Source of the DNA: Planctomycetota bacterium
Lineage (GTDB): Bacteria; Planctomycetota; B15-G4
Reading direction: 5' to 3'
DNA: 64,000 nt
NCBI GenBank assembly: GCA_965248575.1
Contig: CBDFJQ010000002.1
Span: forward strand, 3,648,001 to 3,712,000
This document shows, piece by piece, positions 63,357 through 64,000 of this stretch (position 1 is its first letter; each line of letters begins with the position of its first letter). Made by a program: the position numbers and the translations under genes. The notes under the pieces are model-generated. The model searched no databases and had not been told where the DNA came from. It saw only the letters and a program-made list of their open reading frames with translations.

Positions 63357-64000
63357 ATGACGGACAGCGTCTTCAAGATTCATCCCGCGATCGGCTTTGC
63401 ACGCGTGGGCACGAGCAAGGAATTCAATCTCGCACCGGAGACCCTGACGGGGCACCCGGTGGCGGGCAGCGAGGTGACGGGCGGTCTGCCCATCGTGCCC
63501 GGTACCGAGAGTGAGACCATCAAGGCGAGCGATTTGCGCGACGCTGGCGGAGCTCTCAAGCGCCAGGCGGCGCGCTTCCGCATCTACAATTACGCCGCCC
63601 AGAGCGCTGAGACCTACCCCATGGGCGACGCCGGTGAGGAGATCGTCCTGGGCAGCAGGGTGGTGGTGGGCGGCGTCACCAAGACGGTGGCGGACATCGT
63701 CTGGACCGTGCACATGGCCAACAAGAAGACCGCGTGGTACCAGTCGCCCGATGACGAGGGCATTGTGGCCTGGATGGACGGCAAGACGCCGCCCCAGCGG
63801 AACATCGACCTGCAGCCGCCTGTGCAGCCGCCGCTCAGCAACAATCCCCATGATGAGGATCGTCTGGCGCGCCTGACCATCGATGCGGGGCCGCGAACCA
63901 TTCACGGCACGAGCTCCGAGAGCGTCGCCATGAATGCCAAAACGCCTGCCAGCATCTTTCGCTGTGGCGCGGGCGGGATCACCGAGCTTCCGGACTACCC
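63357..64000 (+). CDS. LodA/GoxA family CTQ-dependent oxidase, 5' part (runs off window)
   Basis: Hand translation: MTDSVFKIHPAIGFARVGTSKEFNLAPE...LRDAGGALKRQAARFRIY...IVWTVHMANKKTAWY...RLTIDAGPRTI. SD AAGGGG. Absent from the ORF track. Confidence 0.9.
   Translation, partial: MTDSVFKIHPAIGFARVGTSKEFNLAPETLTGHPVAGSEVTGGLPIVPGTESETIKASDLRDAGGALKRQAARFRIYNYAAQSAETYPMGDAGEEIVLGSRVVVGGVTKTVADIVWTVHMANKKTAWYQSPDDEGIVAWMDGKTPPQRNIDLQPPVQPPLSNNPHDEDRLARLTIDAGPRTIHGTSSESVAMNAKTPASIFRCGAGGITELPDY

Overview
High-GC bacterial chromosomal segment. Gene content (four Hanks-type Ser/Thr kinases, an ECF sigma-kinase pair, a sulfatase, BlaI/M56, many secreted beta-propeller and beta-helix proteins) suggests an uncultured Planctomycetota-like organism; that assignment is inference only. 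About 45 CDS and two tRNAs (Leu-GAG, initiator Met-CAT) are supported. No rRNA, CRISPR array, integrase or recognisable transposase was seen. Two genes run off the window and are missing from the ORF track: a PLP aminotransferase at 1-1166 and a LodA/GoxA-like CTQ oxidase from 63357. Best candidates for something undescribed: (1) a ~120-aa C-terminal domain (WxDLG...WP-x4-SG-x5-QF-x3-D...SN-x4-TTP-stop) shared by unrelated signal-peptide proteins, plus a divergent copy and a decayed remnant, behaving like a protein-sorting or anchoring tag; (2) a translationally coupled three-gene operon headed by a sigma-70-like protein with an acidic recognition helix (possible sigma mimic); (3) a mono-heme lipoprotein directly upstream of the LodA-like oxidase; (4) repeated -10 box/6-7 nt/start codon (leaderless) gene starts. 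All calls come from reading motifs by eye; no database search was run.
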